The notes under the pieces are model-generated. The model saw nothing but the letters and a program-made list of their open reading frames with translations. It made no database searches and was not told the origin of the DNA. From IMG/VR virus record IMGVR_UViG_3300027759_000084, positions 1,743 to 65,742 of that record: a stretch of DNA of 64,000 nucleotides. One strand, 5' to 3'. A program made the translations under genes and the position numbers. This stretch comes from a virus (lineage: Duplodnaviria > Caudoviricetes). Of this stretch, positions 30,361 to 41,000 are shown piece after piece (position 1 is the first letter of the stretch; each line of letters begins with the position of its first letter).

Positions 30361-31292
30361 GCCTTAAAGCCATCAATAAATTTAAGATGTGTAAGATGTC
30401 TCCAACTCAAAAATTGGTGATGCTTTGCCTGTGTGATTGCCACAATCAAGAGTCTGAGAGATGTGATCCAAGCGTGTCGCTCATCATGAGTTTTACAGGG
30501 CTTTCAAACCGGGCTGTAGCTACCGCTTTGAAGGATTTGGAACGTCTAAAACACATCAAGATTAACCGTGGAAACGGGTTTAAATCATCTTACAACATTG
30601 ACATAACCAGTGAACCTCCTGCGGTGGTTGATTTAGCCGAACCAGTGAACGTCGTTCCACAACCAGTGAACCTGCCGCACCCCCGCAGCACGTTCACTAG
30701 TGAACCTCCTGCCATAACCAGTGAACCTCCTGCTGGGGCACCAGTGAACCTCCTGCCTAAACCAGTGAACCTCGTTCACACAAACAGAGAAGAACAGAGA
30801 ATTAAACAGAGAATAACCGGAAGTACAGACAGGCTTGATTCGCCATTGTTTGAAGAAACCGACTCACACGACTTTCGATCAACCATGGCAGAATGGTTTG
30901 AGGACAAGTCACAACGCAAACAGCGTTACACGCATCGTGGATGGAGGGCGCTCTTGACCACCTGTCGGCAAAAACCAATCGGCGTGTTGCGATGCGCTGT
31001 GAACAAGGCCATGTCGGGAGGCTGGCAAGGCATCCATTTTGATAAAATATCAGCCGAAGATGCGGCTGCTTTCGAGCCAACTTCAACAATTGCATTTGCC
31101 GATCCAATCAAGGACAACCCTAATTTTATGGAATTTCAAGAGTGGTTTGAAAAGCTTCCTCCAGAGCCAGAATCGACCATAGATGTCGATTTCAACAAAG
31201 TTTTGGAATCATACCGTGAAAATAATTCACCAGATGCCTCTATTTCGCACACAGATGGCCCTCAGAGCGTCGAGGAGGTGTCAGTATGGTAA
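30357..31292 (+). CDS. Replication initiator (HTH N-terminus, lambda O-like layout)
   Basis: KLVMLCLCD...CDPSVSLI...GLSNRAV..ALKDLE; internal DNA repeats; upstream of helicase. Confidence 0.8.
   Translation: MSLKAINKFKMCKMSPTQKLVMLCLCDCHNQESERCDPSVSLIMSFTGLSNRAVATALKDLERLKHIKINRGNGFKSSYNIDITSEPPAVVDLAEPVNVVPQPVNLPHPRSTFTSEPPAITSEPPAGAPVNLLPKPVNLVHTNREEQRIKQRITGSTDRLDSPLFEETDSHDFRSTMAEWFEDKSQRKQRYTHRGWRALLTTCRQKPIGVLRCAVNKAMSGGWQGIHFDKISAEDAAAFEPTSTIAFADPIKDNPNFMEFQEWFEKLPPEPESTIDVDFNKVLESYRENNSPDASISHTDGPQSVEEVSVW
30605..30780 (+). repeat. Iteron array, probable replication origin
   Basis: Seven copies of c(c/t)agtgaac(c/g)t, several extending to aaccagtgaacctcctgc, followed by an A-rich stretch. 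Confidence 0.8.
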
Positions 31293-33031
31293 CGGTAGCT
31301 GATATTAGCCAAAAGCTCTCAAATAAGGCTTTAGAGGTCTGTAAGCTTCTTCTTCCTGGCGGCAAAGAAGATGGACAGTTTTGGGTGTGTGGAGACATTG
31401 CTGGATCGCCAGGAAAAAGCCTGAAGGTGGCTTTTGTTGGCAGTTACGTTGGAAACTGGCGAGATTGGGCTGATGATTCCAATAAAGGCGATCTTCTCGA
31501 TTTGTGGCGCATCACAAAAGGAATTACAGCGGCACAAGCCATCAAGGAGGCTAAACATTACCTTGGTATTAATGATCCAGTCGATGCAAAAAAGAAGGAT
31601 TACCGCAAGCCTGTAAATTCCATACCTGAACTTGCCACAGAGGGTAGAGGTGTTGTATATCTCACAGGTTCTAGGCATTTGAAGATTGACATCATACGGA
31701 AATTTAAGGTTGAGGGAGTCCGCGAAAGACAGGCTATTGTTTTTCCATGCTACGCGCCAGATGGCGAGTTGATCAATCGTTCATATCGTACTCTTACTGA
31801 ACCTAAGCAGGTGTGGCAGGAAAAAGATTGCGCCCCATGTATGTTTGGATGGCATGCACTCAATGAACAAGCATATAAGGATAAAACAGTTCTCATTTGC
31901 GAGGGTCAAATCGACTGCATGACGTGGACTCAATGGGGAGTCGATTCTATCTCTATTCCTAATGGCACCGGCACATCATGGGTTGAGTATGAGTGGGATA
32001 ATCTAGCTCCATTTGACACAATTTATCTGGCATTTGATCAAGACAAAGCCGGAAGAGAATTAACCGACAAGATCATCCAGCGTCTAGGTAAGCATCGTTG
32101 CATGATTGTCTCAATGCCCAAAAAGGATGCGAACGATTGTCTAAAATCTGGCTACACTCAAAAGGATGCTTTAGATTGGATTGGAAATGCCAAGATGGCT
32201 GCAATCCATAAATTCGTGCGTGGCGATGAGTTGGAGGAACGTGTTGTAGCTTCATACACCCCCAAGGAGGAAGCCTTTACATTGCCATTTTTTAAGGGCG
32301 ATTGGCATGAGGGTACTGGGTTTTATTTTCGACCAGGAGAATTGACAGTATGGGGCGGCTTAGCCTTTGCTGGCAAGAGTACTATGCTTAACTTTTTGAA
32401 GGCAAACGTAGTCAGTAAAAGGAGATATATTTTTGAGGCAACCATGGAGATGTTGGTTGAGAATCAAATCGGCAGGTTGGCAAAGGTTTGTATGGGTCAT
32501 GAGATCAACGAGCCGAAGTTGCGTCGATTCTGTCAAGAAATAGGTAGGTATCTTCTATTTGCTGATGTCGTTGGAAGTATAGCAATGGAAGAGTTGATGG
32601 AAATGCTATGGTTTGCCAATCGTAGATATGGATGCACAGATTTCATCATTGACTCAATGATGAGAATTAAAGGTCAAGCTGACATGGAAAAGCAGGCTGA
32701 AATCGTGAACACTCTGCAAAATTTTGTCAAGGAAAGCGGCAGTCATGTGCATCTCGTATGTCATTTTCGCAAGCCAGTTGAAGGCGAAAGACCAACAATG
32801 TATCACGTCAAGGGATCATCTGCACTCATCGACAATCCAGACAATGTTGCAATTATCATTAGAAATAAGGCGAAGGATGACGCTATCAAGGCTGGTAAAT
32901 CTCGCGAGATAATCGACGCTATGCACGACACTGAAGTGATTATTGAGAAGCAGCGCGTTAGTGGTTGGGTAGGAAGCTTCAAGTTGAAGTACCATAAAAA
33001 TACCTTTTCTTTTTCAGCGGCATCAAAATGA
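31286..33031 (+). CDS. Primase-helicase (TOPRIM plus SF4; T7 gp4/Twinkle-like)
   Basis: ICEGQIDC, AFDQDKAG, KDAND, Walker A GLAFAGKST, FIIDSM, HLVCH.RK, KGSS. Confidence 0.92.
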   Translation: MVTVADISQKLSNKALEVCKLLLPGGKEDGQFWVCGDIAGSPGKSLKVAFVGSYVGNWRDWADDSNKGDLLDLWRITKGITAAQAIKEAKHYLGINDPVDAKKKDYRKPVNSIPELATEGRGVVYLTGSRHLKIDIIRKFKVEGVRERQAIVFPCYAPDGELINRSYRTLTEPKQVWQEKDCAPCMFGWHALNEQAYKDKTVLICEGQIDCMTWTQWGVDSISIPNGTGTSWVEYEWDNLAPFDTIYLAFDQDKAGRELTDKIIQRLGKHRCMIVSMPKKDANDCLKSGYTQKDALDWIGNAKMAAIHKFVRGDELEERVVASYTPKEEAFTLPFFKGDWHEGTGFYFRPGELTVWGGLAFAGKSTMLNFLKANVVSKRRYIFEATMEMLVENQIGRLAKVCMGHEINEPKLRRFCQEIGRYLLFADVVGSIAMEELMEMLWFANRRYGCTDFIIDSMMRIKGQADMEKQAEIVNTLQNFVKESGSHVHLVCHFRKPVEGERPTMYHVKGSSALIDNPDNVAIIIRNKAKDDAIKAGKSREIIDAMHDTEVIIEKQRVSGWVGSFKLKYHKNTFSFSAASK

Positions 33032-33089
33032 AGTTTTGAAATCCCACTTGCATCTCAACCAAAAACGGACGTATAGTTAGATACAGAAT

Positions 33090-33577
33090 ATGAAAACCAT
33101 TGATGAACTGGAAAAGATGCTACTCGAACTCTCATGGGTTCCAGTTGATAAACGCCTGCCAACCATTGAAGACGCCAACAAATACGGCGACGTAGATTGG
33201 TCCGATGGCGATGACATCTGGGAAGGTGCGTATGACCGTGGATACGATCACGCAACGCATTGGAGAAAGATTATGCTTCCGAATGCTAAAGTAGAAGCTC
33301 ACCGCGAATGAATACAGAATCCAAAAACAATGTTGTCAGCGTTTCATCAGAAGCCTTGTTGGGCCGGATGCTTTTTGTCTATGCGCTTAACGGAGTGATT
33401 AAATGCTTATCCGCTGACGAAATCCGCCAGTTTGAATCTGCGATGTTGGATGTTGGATGGAAGCATACAGCAACCATTGACCCTGCGCGATGGATTGAAG
33501 CGATGGCAAACGGGAAGGCTGAACCTTCTGACATGCTGGATGAACTACAATTTTGTCCGACTGACAATCAAGCGTAG
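33090..33577 (+). CDS. Two small hypothetical genes (33090..33311, 33308..33577)
   Basis: WVPVDKRLP...THWR motif in the first; ATGA overlap. Confidence 0.6.
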
Positions 33578-33619
33578 GCTCCAGCGGAAGTTTAACTACT
33601 TCATCCAACAAGGATTTAA

Positions 33620-33648
33620 TTGACAAACCCGAACCGATACAGGATAAT
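33620..33648 (+). promoter_or_regulatory. Sigma70-like promoter
   Basis: TTGACA-17 nt-GATAAT. Confidence 0.55.
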
Positions 33649-34435
33649 GAAAAATGAACTCAAAAATCAACACGCCGTTCTCCTTGGAAGTCTTGGAGGC
33701 AAAGCAAGCTCAAAGGTTAGAAGCAAAAGAAAGACTGCGGCCTCACGCGAAAACGGTAAAAAGGGTGGGAGGCCAAGGAAAAATGTTTTGCCAGAATGAT
33801 TTTGAAGGCAAGCAATTTGGATTTTTAACTCCACTTGGAAGGTCTGAATCAAAATCAAAGTACGGAGTTGTGTGGAGATTCAAATGCAAATGTGGCAATG
33901 AGGTTGAGAAGATAGCTCACAGTGTTTTTTTTTCTGGAGGGGTGAGAAGCTGTGGCTGTTACGTAGCACCTATTAGGGAGGCTTAAAGCACGGCCTTCAT
34001 GGCCACTATCTATATAACCAATGGTGCGGTATTATAGGAAGATGCACCAATCCAAATAATTCAAGATGGGAGTCTTATGGAGGAAGAGGTATTTGCATCT
34101 CTCCAGAGTGGAGAAATGATCCTCAAAAGTTTTTAGACTACATGGGTCCAAGACCTTCCGTAAATCATTCTATCGACAGAATAGACAATGATAAGGGTTA
34201 CGAACCTGGGAATTTGAGATGGGCTGATAGAAAGACTCAGCAAAGAAATCGAAGAGCCAATGTTGTTATTGAATACAATGGTCAAAAAATGTGCGTAACT
34301 GAATGGGCTGAAAAAATAGGATTAGAATATAGCTGCTTGAGCGCAAGGCTCAAAAGAGGATGGAAACTTGAAAGGGCCATGTCATCAAAAAGTTATAAAT
34401 TTGAACAATGCAATCACCGCATCCAGCAAGGATGA
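33647..34435 (+). pseudogene. Frameshifted HNH endonuclease
   Basis: CKCG..SCGC domain (33654..33986) is out of frame with KHG...YGGRGI...SIDRIDNDKGYEPGNLRWA. Confidence 0.75.
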
Positions 34436-35064
34436 TCAGTTGGCCAAAGTGGCCTAAGTTCAGGCTCGTCCATATCCTTTTTTCTTATCCATATTTTCAT
34501 TGGCAGCAGGCAATGGCACACGGCGCAGTTCTTCAATAGCGGATCGCTAGGCGTATGCCGACTCGTCAAAAATGAGTTGATATGACCAACTAGACTCCTA
34601 GTTGAGCAAGATACGCAGAACTCCACAATCTTATCCGTGTTCTTCGGGCATGTCGCGCAAATAGCCGCTCTTCGATTCGCCTCCTCTTGATCCACAAGCT
34701 CGCCAGCCAAGTAAGGTTTTACGGCGGAGTTGTAGAATCGCTTCATCATCTGAAACGCTCCAATTTTAGCTTCGCTGTCAGGATCACGCTCGACACACAA
34801 GTCAGGACGATGCTGGCAAAATGCTTCCTGCATGATGAGGCCAAGATTCGCTGGAATCTCAATGCCATTTCCTTCCAGGTGCTCTTGAACTGACTTCGCT
34901 AGATCACGCCAGCCGTATCTGACGAACACCGTGTTTGTGGATTCGACGTGGTAGAAGAAGCCGTATGTATCGCCAGTGATGACAGCCGTTGGAAATAGCT
35001 CACGCAGCTTCGCGTGGTTAAATTCCTTTGGGATGGTGTTTTTGCGGATGAGTTCTTGCATCAC
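34414..35064 (-). CDS. Cys-rich protein coupled to the giant protein
   Basis: RAAICATCPKN..CVSC..CAVCHC..K..CW. Confidence 0.7.
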   Translation of the reverse strand: MMQELIRKNTIPKEFNHAKLRELFPTAVITGDTYGFFYHVESTNTVFVRYGWRDLAKSVQEHLEGNGIEIPANLGLIMQEAFCQHRPDLCVERDPDSEAKIGAFQMMKRFYNSAVKPYLAGELVDQEEANRRAAICATCPKNTDKIVEFCVSCSTRSLVGHINSFLTSRHTPSDPLLKNCAVCHCLLPMKIWIRKKDMDEPELRPLWPTDHPCWMR

Positions 35065-38000
35065 GTTGCAGGTTGATAGCCCCTATAGACCTTCTTGAGC
35101 GCCCTATCGCGCACTTCGTCAGCTTTGTCCAACAAGAATGCTCTAGCGCGTTCTGTGGGCATCTGGAGCGCACGCTGACCATATCGCAGAAGCATTTGCT
35201 TGTAGCCCTTGCCAGTTTCAAGGCTGTAGTTGTCGGCTTCTTCCTGCGTGAGTGAGCGACGACGAGCGCCCTTGCCAACCATGCGGTGTTCGGCATTGGC
35301 AGGAGTCAGCCAAATTCCACGGGAATTGAGAGCGCCAAGAACCTTGTAGGCAGGATCGGTTGGCTTCACCATGAACTCGCGGCTTCCAGGATACACATTG
35401 CGTTGGATTTGCTGCCCCAAGATGTCGTAGTACTCCTTGCCTTCGTAGCGACGGTAAACAGGGATGTGCGAGGCTGTTTTCTCCCATAGCGTTTCGTATT
35501 TACGCAGATTTGGATCTTGCGCGTAGTCGATGTCCTTCAAGAATCGAGGAACGAAGCCGCCAGCGTAGCTCGACATCACCTTGGCAAAACGCTCCATGCG
35601 TTTCTCGTTGGGGTCTTTGCTGGACAGGCTGTTGCCGAATAGCTCTTGGAACTGGGAAAGAGCAGGAATGTCAGCGGCAGCAGCAGCGCCAGACATTGCG
35701 GCACTTGCCATAATTTGAGCCACGTTTTTGTCATTCCATTGATCTGGGGAGAAGCGGATCAAGTCAGAAAGACTTCCGATAGCTGCAAGCGCAGATGAAA
35801 TAGGCCAGTTGGCGTAATTGAACACCTTGCCATTGATGCCGATAGTGTACTCTTTCTCGCCAGCGGCCAGCTTCTGCTGCTTCTTCTCAGGTGTGAGGTT
35901 ACCCCAGCTACCATTGATGAACCAACCACGCTTCTCGTCATCTGGCTCGTCTGCGATGGCCTTGAGGATTTGGTAGCCAGCAACGGATAGCATCACTCCA
36001 ATGAGCTGATTGCGCCGAATTGAGTCGATGAATGCTTCTTTTCCACTGATGCGATTAGGATCAAATTCAGCCTCAAATGCGCGAGCGAAACCAATGCCTG
36101 GAATGAAGCTCAGACCTTGGTTGAATTTGTTGCCAGCGAAACGTGCAAATCGAACACCGCCAAAGTTGGCTGCATTGTAAGCAGCGAACTGCATGAAGTA
36201 GGCGAATGCCAACTCAAGTCCAGAAAGAATCCTATCGCCATTCTGTGCTGAGTCATTCCATCCGCGTTGAGCTTGTTTCAGGAATCTATCAGCACCTGCT
36301 TCAGCATTGGTCACAAGCGATCTGATCGCACGATAGCCGACACCACCAAGTCCAGATGGATCAAGCGTCATGGCACCTTGTTGACCGAAGAAGTTGGCGT
36401 TCTCGGACACGTTGCCAAGTTTATCCAGTTCTGCCATCATGTCGGCCAGAGCGTAGGAATCAAGAATAGCCTTGTCGCGTGCAGACTTGGGAGGTGTTCC
36501 GCCGAAGTCTTTCTGAATAATGGTGTCCTTGTAAGGCTTCAAATTAGACTTCTTCTCCATTTCAGCAATCTTAGCTGGATCGAGTCCAATCTGGCGGAAT
36601 ACGATGGAAAGCGAGCCTTCCTTGGTGAGTCCACTATTGAATACGTCGAGAGCAGTCAGTAAACGGCTAACTGTCCGCATAAACAAGCCTGCGCTCTTGA
36701 CGAGAATCTTGTCAGACTTCGCCATTTGTTCTGCCAGCTTGTTGCTCTTGCCGATATTGCCCCATTGCATGTTCTCGGTCACATCGTTCATAGATGGATC
36801 AAGAAACACTGGATCACCACTAACAAGGTATTGCCACGCGATACGGGCTTGGCGTCCATAGGCACTCAGCAATCGAGCGAGTGTTTTGTATGCACCAGCA
36901 AGCTCAGATGGAAGCTGTTTTGGATTGGTGAATCCAGCGATGAACACGCGAGATAATGCCGTTGAAAGCTCGAATGCACCGCTGGCAACAGCAAGACCAA
37001 TTGAGACGATAGTATTTGGACCAGAGAGCACACTGGAAACCCAGAAGTCAGCGAGCATCTTTACCACTGGAATCTTGAGTTCGCCTTGCAGCACCTCAAG
37101 CAGCTTGTAGGCCGCAACTTGGCGCTTCACAGCGTTCAATCCTTCGTCTTGAAGAACCTCAATAAGCGAATTGATCTTCTCGCGCTCAGTCTCGGTGAAC
37201 TCGGACTTGATGCCGAATTTCTCTGCCATGCGCTTTGCCAGTTCATCGTTATCAAAGATGCCAAGATTGATGTCCTCAACGATACGCATCCGTTGCGCTT
37301 GAAGAGCTTTAGCGCCTTCTTTGCTGAGATTCTTCTTGGCCTCTTCTGCGCGAATCATACGCTCAAGCATACCATCTAGGATACGAGTGCGATTGGATTC
37401 CCATGCTTCCGCGAACAAGTCTGCGAGACGTGCCTTTTGCTCTGGCGTTGCGTTCTTGAGTTCTTCGTTGGCAGAGATGGCGTCAAAGATGCGCTGACGG
37501 TATTCTTCAACTGTTTTTGCGCTTTGGGAGAGAAGCTGACGCCAAGGGATAGGCGTCCTGAGAGGAATTTCCTCGCCACGGCGCATGTTATTGATCTCAT
37601 TGATCATTCGTCGCAGGGCTTTTGGGCCTTGCAGAATGTTGAATGCAGCCATTGCTTCGAGATCAGTCTTTTCGCGCTCAGCAGTCTTGAATAGGCGTTC
37701 AGCCACATCAGGCGAAACATCCAATTTAGCGAGGCGTTCAGCAAACTTTGATTTCTCAACTGGATCAGAAACTTGATCTTTGAAAGCCTTGTTAATGGAG
37801 TCACCAGATGTTGATTTTGATAGGTCTTTGGAACCTTGGCGCAACCTTTCCTCAGTAGAGTAAATAAGTCTGGATGCTTGTTTGTCGGCAATCTCAACTC
37901 GGCGCTTCTCGATTTTGAATTTCTTCATTCGAGCCAAGTCGGCACGCTCTCTGGATGCGGTTAGGAATAAGCGTTCAGAGACCTCTTCACCAACCTTGAG

Positions 38001-41000
38001 TGCGTCCAATCGTTCTGCGAATTGCTCAAATGATACAGGGTTTTTAACCTGATCTCTAAATGCTCGAATGATGGAGTCTTTTTGCTCCTTCTTTGACATT
38101 CCTTCAGGTGGATTCTTGAATCCTTGGCGATACAATTCCTCAAAGCGATAGACGATTTGAGATGCCTTGTTTTCGGCAATCTCAATTTCGTTGGCGATCT
38201 CTTCTGCTGTTGGCTCAATAGGTTGACCTTCTGCAACACGTTTCTCCACCGTGTCGATAATCTCCTTGCGCTTCTTGCGCTTTTTCTTCTCTGTTGGCGT
38301 ATCGTTTGGAGATTCCTCTCCAAGCAACTTGCCCATAATAGAGCGAAACTCAGCCAAGTCTTTTGCCTCCGCCGTCGCTGCTTCCTCATCCGACATTTGC
38401 AGAATGGCGTTAAGCTCGCTTCGCTCTGCATCTGTCATGGATGCCTTAGCATTTGCTACCTTCATATCCTTGCGACGTTTGTAGAAAGCAAATCTACGAA
38501 CCAGCATCTTTGCCCTTTCCCACAAGGTCTTATCTCCACCTTCAAATACCTGTTCACCTTCCTTGATCAATGCCCACTCATCATTATTGACGGCATCCTG
38601 AGCTATCTCATCCGCCGCCTGCTGATTGGCCTTATCAGAATTCTCATACGAGTTTTGCGTGAAGCTAGTCGCATTCTCACTTCCAAAGTTGGAAATAAGG
38701 ATATTAGTTCTAGCCTCCTTCATCACCTTCTCTGCGATTTCACGAATGAACATCCAGCTATAACGAGCCTTGTTCACAAGATAGCGTCGTTGTCCAAGGT
38801 GTTGACCTTTCTTGCTACCTACTCCTTGCCAGAATGCAGATAGGCGCTCGCTAAGTTTGGATAGTTGCTTCTTTCTGTCTGGAGACTTCGCCTTGCGTGC
38901 AGCATTGTCCACACGTTGACGGACTTCGATAGTCAGAGCGTCTTGGGCCATCAAGTCTTGCTCAATGCCAATGCTTTCAAGGAACACTGGCGAGATGACT
39001 GAGTTGGCAATATCATCAAGTGAAACGCCTTCCTTCTCAAGGTTGTTGACGTATTTTATGGCAGCGTCGCTGTATTCTTCAGCAGATTTTACCGCGCGAT
39101 CAATTGGCATGAAGTTTGTGAACTGAACACCTCCAAACGGAGCCTTAGCCTTTCCAGTGTTCGCGGCATCAACTTCCTTCCTGTAATCTTCCGTGGCCTG
39201 ACTATCCACAATAGACGCCATCGCTCTTGTCTGGAATCCAGACGGTGGCATAACGATGACAGAACCAGCGCGTTCGCCTTCGGTGGTAAAGGTAGCAAAT
39301 GGAGACTCACCTTCAATCAACAGCGCCCCACTGTCCTCATACAGCCCTTGCAAAATGCGGCTGAACTCGGTTTCCGTCACATCAGGCATCGACTGCTTCA
39401 CAATGCTGAAAAGCTCGTCTAGCGGCACCGATGGGCCATTTGTCTTTGGAGCAATATCGTATGCTGCACGAATAGTAGAACGCACTTCCTTGTCGCGTTC
39501 GTCGTAGTCAGTGTTGCGAGCTACTTCAGCGCCACTGTTGAATGCGGCATCGTTGGGGGAATCGTAGGTGACTTTGGATGCTTTTGCTTGGCTTGGTAAC
39601 TTGGTAACTATAGCGCCATTGGCTGCAATGTTTGCCTTAACTACCACAAACTCATCGCCCAATCTCTCTTTAAGATAATCAACAAGTTCGTTCCCATCGA
39701 AACCTTTTTGGAATGTGTCTCCTTGCTTCTTTTTGATAACGATAGACTTAGGCTCTACGCCAGTTTCTCCACTGGCGCGATCAACATCTCCACTCCACTT
39801 GCGAACGCCTATAATAGCCTTCCCACCATCATTTAAAAGTGATCCAATTTGATCTACAATTGCATCTCTGATATTCTTTGGGACGACGTTTAGTACGTTA
39901 AGGTTTACAATGCCGTCATACTTTTCCGTAATTTGACTGGAATCGGTAAATGTTGGCGGCTGATTTCCCTTCCATCTTTCAGGATTGACCTCAAACGAAT
40001 CAACATTGGCGATTTCTTCGCGCATGGCATCTGATCCAAGACCCAATCCAGCGCCATAATCAAGAACTCGGATGTTTGGCGACTTGTTAGCAAGGAGTAT
40101 ATTGGCCGCTTTTTGATACGATCCAACAGTTGTCGCAACTTGAGTGGTTCCAGACTGAGGCTCGTATGGAATGCTCGAAAGGCCAGCGTTTACAATTGCA
40201 TTTTGAACTTGGTTTCCACCAAGCATTACAATCGCATCCTCTTTAGATATATTTTCGCTTGAGTATGGTTCTATTGCCGCTCGTTGCTCTGGCGTAAATT
40301 TACGACGCGCCTCAACATCTCTAGCTTCAATTTCGCCAGCCAGTCGCTTATATTTAGCTGTTGGCTCATCCTTCTTGCCGTCGATATAGCTCTTCAGCAG
40401 TTCAGCGTCGATCTCATCGAGGTCTTTCTTTGTGCTACGCTTGGCGAGTTTGATCGCGGACTGAGCGAACTTTAGTTTGTAAGGAGGGCCAGCAAGGAAC
40501 CTAGCGGCAGCGTCAATATCTCCTTCAAACTGAAATGAAGCAGTGCGGAGTAGTGATCTAGCATCCGCCACTGCCTTACGCATAGCGTCCCGCTTCTTGA
40601 CCGAGTTCGCCTCTGTCTCAAACTGAGATGGAGAACCACCTTCAGCAAACCCTTCAATCTTTTGAATGGCGTGCTGTACTTCGTGCATGATCGTCCCAAC
40701 ACCTCCCCTAAACATGAAGAGTTCACTTCTAGGATCGACGTTAAAGTATCCTTGAGGATTAAATGAAGCGACATTTTGTGTCGGAAGTTTAGCTCCCCAA
40801 ACTTCACGATTCCTTAAATTAGGATATGCCTCAAACAGAGCGGGATGGTCGATGACTTCTCCAAGGGTTAGCTTCTTGCCGATTGCTGGAAGCCTGCGGA
40901 GTTTCGCCTCGTTATCAGGCACCTCAAACCGCATCTTCCCGTCATATTTGCCGGGGAACCAGCCAGTGACAGCGCGAATCTCTTCGCTCGTTTTGCCTGC

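Noticed and set aside
30605-30780. Possible CRISPR array
   Set aside because: Repeats and spacers are too short, lie inside a coding gene, and no cas genes are present; fits iterons
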